Below are positions 1 to 10,296 of a DNA stretch of 64,000 nucleotides, one piece after another. The translations under genes and the position numbers were made by a program. A model generated the notes under the pieces. The model was not told the origin of the DNA. It made no database searches and worked only from the letters and a program-made list of their open reading frames with translations. Location: contig CAWBOS010000015.1 in the NCBI GenBank assembly GCA_963790475.1, positions 1 to 64,000 of the forward strand. The letters are read 5' to 3'. The DNA comes from an uncultured delta proteobacterium. GTDB taxonomy: Bacteria > Desulfobacterota > RBG-13-43-22. Positions within the stretch are counted from its first letter, which is position 1, and every line of letters begins with the position of its first letter.

Positions 1-267
1 TCTTTCAATATCGTCATAAAAATCTTGGATCAATGTGTCTATATCTTTAAACCGGTAAGGGATTTCTTTCCCTCCGAAGTGTTTATGATCTCCCTTGCCT
101 TCTGCATTATCATATCCAGCCAATCTCTCTTCCTCTTGTATATAAACCAGAGAATATTTAAGACCATGTGGTTTCCCCGAGGTTTGGGGGACCGTCCAGA
201 TTTTCATTTCGACGACATCCCCATTAGGCAAGATATTTTTCCGATGAAAGATCAAGTTTGACCTCAT
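1..267 (-). CDS. DUF6516/TumE-like small protein (putative toxin of a TA pair); 3' end runs off the window
   Basis: Not in ORF track. Manual translation from ATG at 267: MRSNLIFHRKNILPNGDVVEMKIWTVPQTSGKPHGLKYSLVYIQEEERLAGYDNAEGKGDHKHFGGKEIPYRF...; PHGLKYSL and GYDN..GKGDHxH motifs are typical of DUF6516. Confidence 0.75.
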   Translation of the reverse strand, partial: MRSNLIFHRKNILPNGDVVEMKIWTVPQTSGKPHGLKYSLVYIQEEERLAGYDNAEGKGDHKHFGGKEIPYRFKDIDTLIQDFYDDIER

Positions 268-419
268 ATAGGGTATAGTATACCATTGATCATAAATAAC
301 CGTCAAAGGTTATTTTCATAAGGTTCGAGGCTATCATAGAAAATACGTTCCACTTGACACCTTTTTCACTCATAGTTAGAATCATTAAATATCTTGGATG
401 GTTAAAAAGGAGAAAGAAG

Positions 420-1604
420 TTGCGTATCATCTTTTTCGCCGGCAAGGGCGGCGTGGGCAAAACCAGTGTGGCGGCCGCCACCGGGATCAAGGCCGCCGAA
501 TCGGGACGAAAGACTCTGATCATGTCCCTGGACATAGCCCATAGTCTCATCGATATTTTCGATCTGGGGCGTGATCTCCTGGACCAAAACCAGGGGAAAC
601 CTATCAAGGTCCGCGACAATTTATGGATTCAGGAACTGGATATTCAAGAGGAGATACAAAAAAATTGGGGGGCTATTCATCAGTACCTGTCGTTGCTGTT
701 AAATACCACCGGTCTGGATGAAATCCTGGCCGAGGAACTGGCCATCCTTCCGGGAATGGAGGAAGTCAGCCTGCTGCTCTATATCAACCGCTATGTCCAC
801 CAAAAGAAATTCGAGGTGATTATTCTGGATTGCGCCCCCACCGGAGAATCCCTGCGCTTCATCAGCATCCCCACCACCCTGGAATGGTATATGAGCAAAA
901 TTTTTAAAATGGAAAAAACCCTGGTCAAGCTGGCTCGGCCCCTGGCCAAAAGGATATACAGTGTACCACTGCCCGGAGAGGATTACTTTGATGCCCTGGA
1001 GAAACTTTTCGAACGGCTCAAGGGGGTTGATCGCATCCTCACCGATCCCCTTTGTACCACCGTTCGTTTGGTAACCAATCCCGAAAAAATCGTTTTAAAA
1101 GAGACCCAGAGGGCTTATATGTATTTCACCCTCTACCGCATGCTGATCGATGGAATCATCATGAACCGCATACTTCCGGAAGGACTGAAAGACCATTATT
1201 TTTCGGACTGGAAAAAAAATCAAAAGGCCTACCGGAAAAAGGCCGAAGAATATTTCAGCCCCCTTCCCGTTTTTAACATCCCCCTCTTTCGGGGGGAGAT
1301 CCTCGGATATGATCGGCTCAAGGAAATGGGGGATCAGCTCTATGCCGGCAGAGATCCCTTGGACCGCTTTTACACCGGAGAGCCTTTTCGTCTGAACAAG
1401 GTGAACGGGGTCTATCAGCTTCAGATTAAAATGCCCTTTATTTCCCGGGAGGATATCGACCTGAATGTCCTGCCGGAAGAACTGATTGTCCGGATCGGCG
1501 CCTATAAACGGCATATCCCTCTGCCCCGGCCGGTGGCGGCCTCCAAATCAGTCAAGGCCAAATTGGAGGGAGACACCCTGAACATAACCTTTAAAGGAGC
1601 ATAA
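420..1604 (+). CDS. ArsA/GET3-family ATPase with C-terminal HSP20-like domain
   Basis: GKGGVGKT P-loop, SLDIAHSL, DCAPTGE, LVTNPEK; TTG start after AAGGAGA RBS; C-terminal beta-rich tail (LIVRIGAYKRHIPLP). Confidence 0.9.
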   Translation: MRIIFFAGKGGVGKTSVAAATGIKAAESGRKTLIMSLDIAHSLIDIFDLGRDLLDQNQGKPIKVRDNLWIQELDIQEEIQKNWGAIHQYLSLLLNTTGLDEILAEELAILPGMEEVSLLLYINRYVHQKKFEVIILDCAPTGESLRFISIPTTLEWYMSKIFKMEKTLVKLARPLAKRIYSVPLPGEDYFDALEKLFERLKGVDRILTDPLCTTVRLVTNPEKIVLKETQRAYMYFTLYRMLIDGIIMNRILPEGLKDHYFSDWKKNQKAYRKKAEEYFSPLPVFNIPLFRGEILGYDRLKEMGDQLYAGRDPLDRFYTGEPFRLNKVNGVYQLQIKMPFISREDIDLNVLPEELIVRIGAYKRHIPLPRPVAASKSVKAKLEGDTLNITFKGA

Positions 1605-1606
1605 CC

Positions 1607-1834
1607 ATGGCCAAGGAAAAAACCAATCAGGAAATTATGAGTTGCCCGGTGGCCCGGATTTTTTCAGAGCTGGAAAAAGCCTGTGGGCGCAAAACAAATT
1701 TCTTCGATCACCTCCACCAGTCTCGCGTTGAATTTCTAAAGGCCATCCGGTCTTTGGTTGACGATCGGATTGATGATCTGGAGAAAAAAACAGAAAAGGG
1801 CAGGAAGAAGACGACCAAGGTCAAGGTGGAATGA
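1607..1834 (+). CDS. Small helical protein co-transcribed with the ArsA-family ATPase
   Basis: AAGGAG RBS, starts 2 nt after the ArsA stop; amphipathic HLHQSRVEFLKAIRSLVDDRI segment. Confidence 0.7.
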   Translation: MAKEKTNQEIMSCPVARIFSELEKACGRKTNFFDHLHQSRVEFLKAIRSLVDDRIDDLEKKTEKGRKKTTKVKVE

Positions 1835-2297
1835 TTTTCTTTTTTCCGATGCATCTTTTTCAATAGAATCGGACCCGTTATCGTCGGGGAAGGCACCAAT
1901 CCCTTATCGGCCCAAATGCCTCGTCCGATCCCGGTAGCGGGCCATGCGGGGCAAGGTCTGCCTGACTCGACCCCACGCAGCCACTGAATTACCTTGCTTT
2001 TCTCATAATTCCTTTATATCTTCTGATGCACGGGATGGCTCTCCGGGACCAAAGGGCGTGGGTTCAAACCCGGCATCGCCCTCCAGAACCTGTTCCGGAA
2101 TTCTACCCCAAGAAAAAAAATCATGAGGCCCTGATTCCCATATTAAATCCCTGCTTTCTGGTTACCCACCATTTTGGTTTTTCCATTAAAGAGGCATGAT
2201 CGCTATAGCTGTGGGCCTTATCGGAGACGAGAATTTTTCGGTGCTGGTCTGGAAAGAGAAAGGGATCAGGCTCTGTTTATAAATAATACTATGAGAG

Positions 2298-4496
2298 GTG
2301 AAAATGATAAAACCCTTTGAGTTAATAGGGCAAGCCCTTCAGGAAGGAAGGTTATCCTTGAATGAGGCAGAGTCCAAGACATTATTGAACCAATATGGCG
2401 TTCCGATCGTGAAGGAGGCGATTGTTGTCAATGAGGAAGCGGCGATTGCTCAGGCCCGGCTAATGGGATTTCCTGTGGTCCTGAAGGGGTTGGGGGCAAA
2501 GCTAACCCACAAGACGGAACGAGGACTGGTTAAGATGAATTTATCGTCGGCTGAAGACGTACGTCGTGCCTACCATGAGATTCAGGCATCCGCCGGAGCG
2601 GACCTGGAAGGTTGTTTAATACAACCGCTGGTTGCGGGTCGGCGGGAGTTTGTGGCCGGTTTATTCCGGGACCCTCAGTTCGGTTTGGTAGTGATGTTTG
2701 GATTGGGGGGTGTATTTACGGAAGCGATCAAGGATGTGGTTTTTCGGATAGCCCCGCTGGATGAGATCCAGGCCGGGAGAATGATAGAGGAGTTTTCATC
2801 CCGGGAATTACTGGAGGACTTTCGCGGTGAGTCGGCGGTAGATAAGGGGGCCTTGATTCGGGTGCTTACGGGCTTATCCCGATTAGGAACGGAACATCCG
2901 GAGATCCTGGAGGTGGACATCAATCCCCTGCTTGTCACTCCAAAAGGCGAGGTGACCGCAGTGGATGCCCTGGTGGTTATCAGTCCCAAGAAATTATCGG
3001 CCGAGGACGATCTTTCAACAAAGGAATCGACCGGGGAAGAGATAGAGGCGATCAATGCGGCTCTGGAAGTGATGGTCCACGCCAAATCTATTGCCGTGGT
3101 CGGCGCGACCCGACCCCGGGTTGGAGGTTTTTCCGGTATGTTCTCGAACGTCGCCTCTTTTGGTTTTCCGGGAAGGTTATATCCCATCAACCCGAAGACT
3201 GCGGAAATCGGCGGCTACAAGGCCTTTCCTAACCTGGTTTCTTTGCCTGAACCGGTCGACCTGGTCATCATTTCCGTTCCGGCACCGATGGTCCCGGAGG
3301 CCTTGAAGGATTGCATCGCTTCGGGCAATAAAAACGTCCATATCTTCACCTCCGGTTTCAAGGAGACAGGGGAGAAAGAAGGGAATCGGCTTCAGGCTGA
3401 AATAGAAAAGATCGCCCGGGAAGGGGGGCTGCGAGTCCTCGGCCCCAACTGTATGGGGATCTATGCTCCGGAGTCAAGGATAGTGACCTGGCCGGGGGCT
3501 TCCGGGGAGAAGGGACCGGTAGCTTTTGTCAGCCAAAGCGGAGGCAATGCCGGAGATTTTACCAGTTATGCGGCCAGCCGGTTCGGTATTTATTTCAGCA
3601 AGGTCTTCAGTTACGGGAATGCCTTGACTCTGGACAGCACGGATTTTCTTGAGTACTTATCCCACGATGATCAGACCAGGATCATCGCCATGTATCTGGA
3701 AGGGGTCAAGAATGGACGAAGACTCTTCCGGCAGGTCACTGAAATTAACCGTAAGAAGCCGGTGATCATCATGAAAGGCGGGTTGACCGAATCCGGTGCC
3801 AGGGCAGTGGCCTCTCACACCGGTTCCCTGGCCGGGGGTGAGAAAATCTGGAAGGCCTTTTTCCAACAGAGTGGAGCGGTGCAGGTCGATTCTCTGGAAG
3901 AGATGACCGATGTTACCCTGGCTTTTCTCAATCTTGGTCAATCCCGCGGGAAACGGGTAGCCGTCATCGGCACTGGCGGAGGGGTCGGTGTCTCCGCGGC
4001 GGACAGTTGTTCAAAAGTAGGATTGGATCTGCCGCCACTGCCCATGGCGATTATAAATAAACTGCGGAAGTTCATACCTCCTGCCGGAAACATGATCCGC
4101 AATCCGATTGATGCCCATCTCGTCTTTCTTGAATTGGACCTCCTCGGGCAAACGCTGGATCTTCTGTCCACCGGGTCAACTGTTGATATGTTTGTCATCG
4201 CCCTTCATCTGGACTGGTTATCTGAAAACGGGACAGAAAACCAGGTTGAAAGAATGGCCCAATATATTGCCGTGGAGGCCCGGAAACATACCAACAACCT
4301 GCCCCTGGTTGTTGTCTGGAGGCAATACCAGCCTGACCCGGAACTAAGGCAATCCCGCGTCCTATTGGAACAAATTCTTCTCCAGGCCGGCGTCCCCGTT
4401 TATGAGGGTCTTCCCCGGGCCTTCTTTGCCATCTCGAAACTGGCTGAATATCACCGGTTTCAGAGGCAGTTTACGATGTCCGGGCTAACGAAATAA
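2298..4496 (+). CDS. ADP-forming acyl-CoA ligase (acetate--CoA ligase family), ATP-grasp domain fused N-terminal to the CoA-binding/ligase domains
   Basis: HKTERGLV and EVDINPLLV (ATP-grasp); IAVVGAT, RVLGPNCMG, phospho-His motif AVASHTGSLAG, NPID. Confidence 0.9.
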   Translation: MKMIKPFELIGQALQEGRLSLNEAESKTLLNQYGVPIVKEAIVVNEEAAIAQARLMGFPVVLKGLGAKLTHKTERGLVKMNLSSAEDVRRAYHEIQASAGADLEGCLIQPLVAGRREFVAGLFRDPQFGLVVMFGLGGVFTEAIKDVVFRIAPLDEIQAGRMIEEFSSRELLEDFRGESAVDKGALIRVLTGLSRLGTEHPEILEVDINPLLVTPKGEVTAVDALVVISPKKLSAEDDLSTKESTGEEIEAINAALEVMVHAKSIAVVGATRPRVGGFSGMFSNVASFGFPGRLYPINPKTAEIGGYKAFPNLVSLPEPVDLVIISVPAPMVPEALKDCIASGNKNVHIFTSGFKETGEKEGNRLQAEIEKIAREGGLRVLGPNCMGIYAPESRIVTWPGASGEKGPVAFVSQSGGNAGDFTSYAASRFGIYFSKVFSYGNALTLDSTDFLEYLSHDDQTRIIAMYLEGVKNGRRLFRQVTEINRKKPVIIMKGGLTESGARAVASHTGSLAGGEKIWKAFFQQSGAVQVDSLEEMTDVTLAFLNLGQSRGKRVAVIGTGGGVGVSAADSCSKVGLDLPPLPMAIINKLRKFIPPAGNMIRNPIDAHLVFLELDLLGQTLDLLSTGSTVDMFVIALHLDWLSENGTENQVERMAQYIAVEARKHTNNLPLVVVWRQYQPDPELRQSRVLLEQILLQAGVPVYEGLPRAFFAISKLAEYHRFQRQFTMSGLTK

Positions 4497-4523
4497 GGGG
4501 CAAGGGCAGTTGGAACAGGTAGA

Positions 4524-6377
4524 TTACCAAATATCCTTTATCGCAAAGCCCAAACCCAGTGCCTCCAAAGTTTTGGGAAGCGGTTTCCCGGTCTCCTTAT
4601 CCCAGCCCATGCGTTGGTAGTAATCATCCAGCATTTCATCCAGCTTGGGCATGATGGTTTTTCCGGCGAACGGTCCGTCTACCGGAGTTGATCCATAACG
4701 GGGAGAAGGGGCTTCCATCGCCCGAGTATGTCCTTCTCTGAAGTTATAAACCCGCGCCAGATTAACGATACGACGTCCAACTATTTCCGCCTGGTCTTCA
4801 TTAAAATTCCAGCCGGTGGCGCAGCTTAAGGCTTCGGCCAGGACTTTCACCGGACCCATGGTGGAAAAAAAGCATACTCCCAGAGTATCGATGAAGGACA
4901 TGCGCCCCTTGCCGGAAAGGGTGTTGGATACCACGGCCTCCGGCTCCAAGTCTTGTCCCACAGACATGACCGTCGGAGGTCTGGATTCCAGGGTCCCGGT
5001 GTTGGAGGTCAGCTTGTCAAACATTTCTGTCCAATAGGCCCGATGGTCATACCCCCGAGGGGTATTCCCCTTCTTCGTATGAATAGCGAAATTCGGCGCT
5101 TCCCCCCCGATCCGTTGAGCGGCTCGCATAGCCCCCTCGGCCAGGATGTCGCCAAAACCCTTTCGCCGAGCAATGGCCTGGAGTATTGATTTCACACCTT
5201 CCACATTACCCCAACCCAGTTCGATGCCATCCAAATCGGCCTTCGATACCAGGCCTTTTTCATAGCACTCCATAACCAGGCCGATCACCCAGCCGGTCTC
5301 ATTCATTTCCAGACCCAGGCGATCGACCACATTGGTGAGCATCATGGCCGAGGCCACTTCCATATTGCCGATTTGACCTCCCATGGCCGAAAGGCATTCA
5401 AATTCCGGTTCTTCAACCGACAGCCCCTGGTAAGGCCCTTCGGTGATGGTTGAATCATGACAATGGTGCATCTGACACATCCAGCAGGGATTGGGTTTGG
5501 GCTGAAAACGGCCCCGGATATATTCCGGGGTAAACTGTTCCAGCTTTTCCTGGTCCGGATAGACGTTCGTCGTATAGTTCTTGATGGGCAGGGCGCCGAC
5601 CTTCTCCACCAGCCGATAGGTGCCCAGGGTGCCGTATTGGTAAAGATTGCGGGTAAAGGGATTCTGTTTAACGGCATCGCGGATAACTTTTGATAAGGCC
5701 GCTACCTTTTCGGGATTATAGAGCGGAATGGTCTGTGTTCCCCGGGCAACGGCAATGGCCTTGAGGTTTTTTGATCCCATCACGGCACCGATGCCGTTGT
5801 GTCCGGCCACATGCCCCTTATCGGCTACGATAGCCGCGAACTTCACCTGATTTTCCCCGGCCGGTCCGATTCCGGCAATACTCAATCCCCGTTTTCTATA
5901 TCCCAGTTCTTTCTTGATCCGGTCGTCCATCTCCCAGGTATCCATTCCGGCTAAAGGACGGGCGTCTCGCAACTCAGCCAGGCCGTCATGAATATAAAGG
6001 TAAACAAGTCGACTCGCCGCCCCTTGAATGATGACCGCATCAAAACCAGAACGTTTGAGAAAAGCGCCCCAAAATCCGTTGGCCTGGCTGAAGGCCGCTC
6101 CACCGGCCAGGACCCCTTTGGTGGTTACCGAAAAGGTGCCTCCCCCCGGAATGCGGGTGCCCCCCAAAGGACCACTGGCAAAAATAAGCCGGTTTTCAGG
6201 GTCGAACCATTGGATTTCCGGAGGCACTTCCCGGTAAAGATAGGCAATACCGAAACCGGCGCCGCCCACAAATGTTTGGGCGATCTCGATATCCAGGGGT
6301 TCTTCGATAAGTTTTTCTTGGGTTAGATCCACCCGGAGCAGTTTGCCCGCATAGCCGTAGAGGGGTTGTGATGGCAT
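4524..6377 (-). CDS. aor: Aldehyde:ferredoxin oxidoreductase (tungsten AOR family)
   Basis: GYAGKLLRVDL, IGPAGEN, GAVMGSKNLKAI, CxxCxxxC (CWMCQMHHC), EPEFE, DTLGVC, YYQRMGWD. Confidence 0.92.
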   Translation of the reverse strand: MPSQPLYGYAGKLLRVDLTQEKLIEEPLDIEIAQTFVGGAGFGIAYLYREVPPEIQWFDPENRLIFASGPLGGTRIPGGGTFSVTTKGVLAGGAAFSQANGFWGAFLKRSGFDAVIIQGAASRLVYLYIHDGLAELRDARPLAGMDTWEMDDRIKKELGYRKRGLSIAGIGPAGENQVKFAAIVADKGHVAGHNGIGAVMGSKNLKAIAVARGTQTIPLYNPEKVAALSKVIRDAVKQNPFTRNLYQYGTLGTYRLVEKVGALPIKNYTTNVYPDQEKLEQFTPEYIRGRFQPKPNPCWMCQMHHCHDSTITEGPYQGLSVEEPEFECLSAMGGQIGNMEVASAMMLTNVVDRLGLEMNETGWVIGLVMECYEKGLVSKADLDGIELGWGNVEGVKSILQAIARRKGFGDILAEGAMRAAQRIGGEAPNFAIHTKKGNTPRGYDHRAYWTEMFDKLTSNTGTLESRPPTVMSVGQDLEPEAVVSNTLSGKGRMSFIDTLGVCFFSTMGPVKVLAEALSCATGWNFNEDQAEIVGRRIVNLARVYNFREGHTRAMEAPSPRYGSTPVDGPFAGKTIMPKLDEMLDDYYQRMGWDKETGKPLPKTLEALGLGFAIKDIW

Positions 6378-6437
6378 GGAAACCTCCAATCGTTTTAAAT
6401 TCCTAAAATATGAAACCGGCCGTTCGATTAATTCAAA

Positions 6438-6740
6438 GTCACCTGACCTCCGGCAGAGCCGGAGGCTTGATGTTTGCCGGCCTCGTTCGCTGGCCCCTCA
6501 AAGGGGCCTGATCGCAAACAAAAAACCTTGATTAAATCCCTCCCGACCTCCCTTTTTCAAAGGGAGGAGAAACCTCCCCCTTTGTAAAGGGGGAATGAGG
6601 GGGATTTAGTTTCACCAGAATTCTATCTCCTCTTCGGTGGCATTTACTTGCTTGAATATTTGATTTGGAGGACCTGTTCCCGGAATTGTCAAACTCTGGG
6701 AGTCCCCCGTCAAAGCCGCGGGTTTACCTAAATGAAGTTA
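6438..6740. mobile_element. Non-autonomous IS200/IS605-like remnant (both hairpin ends, no transposase) with a nested REP-like palindrome at 6535-6608
   Basis: End hairpins CCTCCGGCAGAGCCGGAGG and GGAGTCCCCCGTCAAAGCCGCGGGTTT (degenerate CCCCCGGCAAAGCCGGGGG); inner CTCCCTTTTTCAAAGGGAG / CCCCCTTTGTAAAGGGGG palindromes. Confidence 0.5.
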
Positions 6741-6799
6741 ACGGATGTGGTTGATGGAACTGATTGGTTCTCGTCGTCCGACTTCATTATCCTTAAAGC

Positions 6800-7288
6800 T
6801 TACTCACAGGTTAATCTGGCTTTGATGCCCTCATAAAGCTTATCCACAATCTGGCCTGGCAATCTACTGCTTTCAGAATTCTCTTCATCATGTTCGAATA
6901 GGTAAAGGGGTTTATTATTTTGGCAATCAATAATTCTTCCCCGAACCCCGACATGAAAGGTTCCCATCTGATGAATCAGATTATAAATCTTACCATCAAT
7001 TTTGATAGCCTTATCTTCGCAGACAGAAGATTGAATCACTTTGGGGAAAATATAATTAAATTCTAATCGGTCTTTCAATCCGTCAGTAGCGGCCTGGGCG
7101 ATATTATGGGGCAGGTGTCTGTATTTGGATTCTTCTACAAAGGCCGAGTCCCCGTCGAAAGGGGTAATTACAATCGTATTAAAAGCAGCCAGAGGTTGAC
7201 AGGTAGATATCGGTTTGAGGTATCGATTGGTGCTGCAACCGCAAATAAGTAAAATAGTAATGATGCCAATTAAGATATTCTTTTTCAT
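6800..7288 (-). CDS. Hypothetical lipoprotein
   Basis: MKK + hydrophobic stretch + LICGC lipobox; AAGGAGG RBS. Confidence 0.75.
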   Translation of the reverse strand: MKKNILIGIITILLICGCSTNRYLKPISTCQPLAAFNTIVITPFDGDSAFVEESKYRHLPHNIAQAATDGLKDRLEFNYIFPKVIQSSVCEDKAIKIDGKIYNLIHQMGTFHVGVRGRIIDCQNNKPLYLFEHDEENSESSRLPGQIVDKLYEGIKARLTCE

Positions 7289-7454
7289 ATTCCCTCCTTA
7301 TTAATTCATTGAGCGGCCATTTTTTTTGGACAGGATTAACAGGATAACCAAGAATTTTTTCCAGCCTTTCCGGAAGAAAGGATGAAAAATCCTCCTCGCC
7401 GAACACTGAACGCTATACGCTGAACGCCTATCCCGGCGGGCAAGACTGACATCA

Positions 7455-8894
7455 CTATTTATTCGCGCCTCTCCTCCGCTTCCAATAACGGGCCATACGG
7501 GACAGGATCTGGGCGGTTTCATCCAGACGATCATAAGTACGGATACCTTCCTGATTGAGGTCGAAAACGGCTTGACTTTCTTCGGGAGAATAGATAGTGC
7601 CGATTAGAACCGGGACACTGAAAGTCTTCTCCATCTCGGCATACCCCCGCACAATGCTTTTATTGATTTCCAAATAAACCCGGAGTTCGTCGGGAATCCC
7701 TTCGGAGAGCCTGCCCGCCCGGCCCAGACCATGCAGGATCAGGGCATCCGCCTCACCGGAAGCCAATATCTCCCTCCCCAGGGCCGTTAAGGTATCCACG
7801 TTCTGAAAGAGTCCCGAGGCCCCGATATCCACCGGATTTTTTACCGAGGCCCGTATAGGCATTCCCAGTCCCCTCAGTTTGGTTTGCAAGCCGGGGCTCA
7901 GTATGGGCACGGACAGCCCTTCAGCCTCCAGGGCATCACTTAAAGCCACCCCCCAGGACCCACCCATGGTCACGATGGCCACCCGTTTTCCGCGCATGGC
8001 CGGCCGTTCCACCAGGGCGTGGCTCAGCGGAAGCAAAAGTTCCATGGTGGGGCAATTGACGATATTGGATTGTTCAAAAACCCCTTCATATATACGGTAA
8101 GAGCCTCCCAGTGCCCCGGTATGGCTTTGAGCGGCCCGAACGGCATCCGGCGTCTTACCGGCCTTGTAGACGATGACGGGTTTGGTCCTGGCCACTTTGC
8201 GGACCACATCGGCAAACCGTCTTCCATTTTTAACCCCTTCGATATACATCATGACGCCCTGCACTTGAGGATCAGCCCCGGCATATTCCAGAAAATCGGT
8301 GGTGGTCAGATCGGCCTCATTGCCGGTTTGGACGAACATGCCCAGACCCATTCTTTTAGAGTAACCATGAGCCAGCAAATCATAAATGGCGTAGCTGCCC
8401 TGACAGATGCCCGCAATGGGACTTTTGATAAGATACCCCACCGGCGCCGCGGAGGCATTGAACTCGGCCTGCAGATTGAAGGAGCCGCTCACATTGGGAC
8501 CCAGGAGACGCATGCCGTAGGACCGGGCCAGCCGCACCAGTTCTTTTTCCCTTTGTTTTCCGCCCTCCACCGCTTCGCCGAAGCCGGCCGAGATGATCGT
8601 GATTCCCCGGACGCCTTTTTCGCCACATTCCCTTACCGTCTCCTCCACGGCCTGTTCCGGGATGGTAAAAACGGCCAGTTCCACCGGGCCGGGAATCTCC
8701 CCGACTTTTCTAAAGGCCGGTAATCCGAAGACCTGTCCGGCCTGTTGATTGACGGGGTAGACAGGACCGGGAAACGGTCCGGAAAGCAGACCTTTCATAA
8801 TGAATGAACCCCAAGATCCGGGGCGCTCGGTCGCCCCAATGACGGCCACCGATTGGGGACGGAGAAAGGGGTTTAAAGGATCAAGGATGGGCAT
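7455..8894 (-). CDS. Acyl-CoA synthetase (NDP-forming) alpha subunit / CoA-binding protein
   Basis: PQSVAVIGAT, RLLGPN, GNEADL, AQSHTGAL, NPVD; no ATP-grasp domain. Confidence 0.88.
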   Translation of the reverse strand: MPILDPLNPFLRPQSVAVIGATERPGSWGSFIMKGLLSGPFPGPVYPVNQQAGQVFGLPAFRKVGEIPGPVELAVFTIPEQAVEETVRECGEKGVRGITIISAGFGEAVEGGKQREKELVRLARSYGMRLLGPNVSGSFNLQAEFNASAAPVGYLIKSPIAGICQGSYAIYDLLAHGYSKRMGLGMFVQTGNEADLTTTDFLEYAGADPQVQGVMMYIEGVKNGRRFADVVRKVARTKPVIVYKAGKTPDAVRAAQSHTGALGGSYRIYEGVFEQSNIVNCPTMELLLPLSHALVERPAMRGKRVAIVTMGGSWGVALSDALEAEGLSVPILSPGLQTKLRGLGMPIRASVKNPVDIGASGLFQNVDTLTALGREILASGEADALILHGLGRAGRLSEGIPDELRVYLEINKSIVRGYAEMEKTFSVPVLIGTIYSPEESQAVFDLNQEGIRTYDRLDETAQILSRMARYWKRRRGANK

Positions 8895-9039
8895 GGGTTA
8901 TTCCTTTTTATTAATGGATAGGGAAAGGATTAAATCTATCACCATTTATGCTATAATATAAAGAATTCCTCGATAAACCACAACATCTTTTAGACTACGT
9001 TTATTGGTGAAGATCACAACTAAAAATTGCATCAAATAT

Positions 9040-9560
9040 TTCCTCTCGCCCGCTTCGCTCGAGCCCACAGAGTTCTCAGAGAGAAAAAACCATAAGGATC
9101 TCAGAGAAGAACATTTTTTGCTTTCCGGTGACGGAACGGAAAGCAAAAAGAGCTTTTTTCATTTACCGCTTCTCACCGGCAAATGAAAATCTTACCTCGG
9201 TGTTCTCTGTGCCTCGAACAAGTCTCGTTTTTATCCCGACGAGTGGGCGGTGAAATAATGTTTCATTTTTCGCCGTCAGGCGACGGATGGTTATTGATTG
9301 CCGGCCCCTCACCGGCAATCAATAATAGGTGTTTTTCTCTGAGACCTCTGCGCACTTTGTGAGAGATAAAAGAATTTTCCTCTCGCCCGTTCACTCCGGT
9401 CACTCGAGATCTCAGAGTTCCCAGAGAGGGACTTCTTTAGCAGGTAAATCGCCTGACTGACCCCGCTACCCTGTGGAGGCGATGGCTGGTTATGATTGTC
9501 CCGCCAACGGGACAATCAATAAATTAAGGTTTCTCTGCGACTCCGAGAGCTCTGTGAGAG
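9040..9560. repeat. Cluster of REP/MITE-like imperfect palindromic repeats
   Basis: TTTCCTCTCGCCCG...CTCGAG...CAGAGTTC(T/C)CAGAGAG at about 9040 and 9376, with inverse CTCTG(T/C)G... partners and several hairpins; no convincing ORF. Confidence 0.55.
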
Positions 9561-9653
9561 GAGGATTGAATTATGTGGCATTTTTTGATAAACTCCAATA
9601 AATTTCTGAAATATCGATAGTGGTCGTTCAAAATCTTTGAAAGGAGAACGAGG

Positions 9654-9986
9654 ATGAAACTCTCAGGGATCTTATTAAGAACCAGTATTTTTTTAATGAT
9701 GGTTTTGGGGGTCGCCAAAGAGGCTTTAGCCGATTATAGAAATTATTGCCAATGGGGCATGGGTTACGGCATGATGGGCGGATTCGGTTTCCTGCTGATG
9801 ATTATTTTCTGGTTGTTGATCGTTGCTTTAATCGTCCTGTTGATCCGTCGGCTGGTTTCTTCAGGCCATACCGGAATTTCAAGTCCGCCACAAGCGGACT
9901 CGGCCCTGGAAATCCTCAAAAAAAGGTATGCCCGCGGGGAGATTGATAAAGAAGAATTTGAAGCTAAAAAGAAAGATCTGAGTTGA
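9654..9986 (+). CDS. SHOCT-domain membrane protein
   Basis: GMGYGMMGG, one TM helix, SALEILKKRYARGEIDKEEFEAKKKDL. Confidence 0.88.
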   Translation: MKLSGILLRTSIFLMMVLGVAKEALADYRNYCQWGMGYGMMGGFGFLLMIIFWLLIVALIVLLIRRLVSSGHTGISSPPQADSALEILKKRYARGEIDKEEFEAKKKDLS

Positions 9987-10296
9987 ACCACCGGTGCAGC
10001 GGGACAAGAAACCCGTTTGTTGCAAAAGTCGAAAACGCCGTAGGTCCGAAGAGGCAAGGGTGAAGCTGCACTAAGGTGTAAGCCAGACAAGCCGAATAGG
10101 GAGTATGAGTTATATGCCTGGGATTGGTGTTTACCGGTTTATATGTCCTGAAGGGTAGTTGACTTGAGGGAGAGGATCAATATTTTATTGTAGCCGAGTG
10201 CACCTACAAATGTGGGGATTAGTCTGAACAAAAAGTTGATGATTTCCGATTGAAAGAGAGCTCTTTTTTTTCTCACCATTCCGATACGACTTTACT

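Noticed and set aside
9040-9560. Repeated sequence that might be a CRISPR array
   Set aside because: Repeats are imperfect, inverted and irregularly spaced with no cas genes; better explained as REP/MITE-like elements
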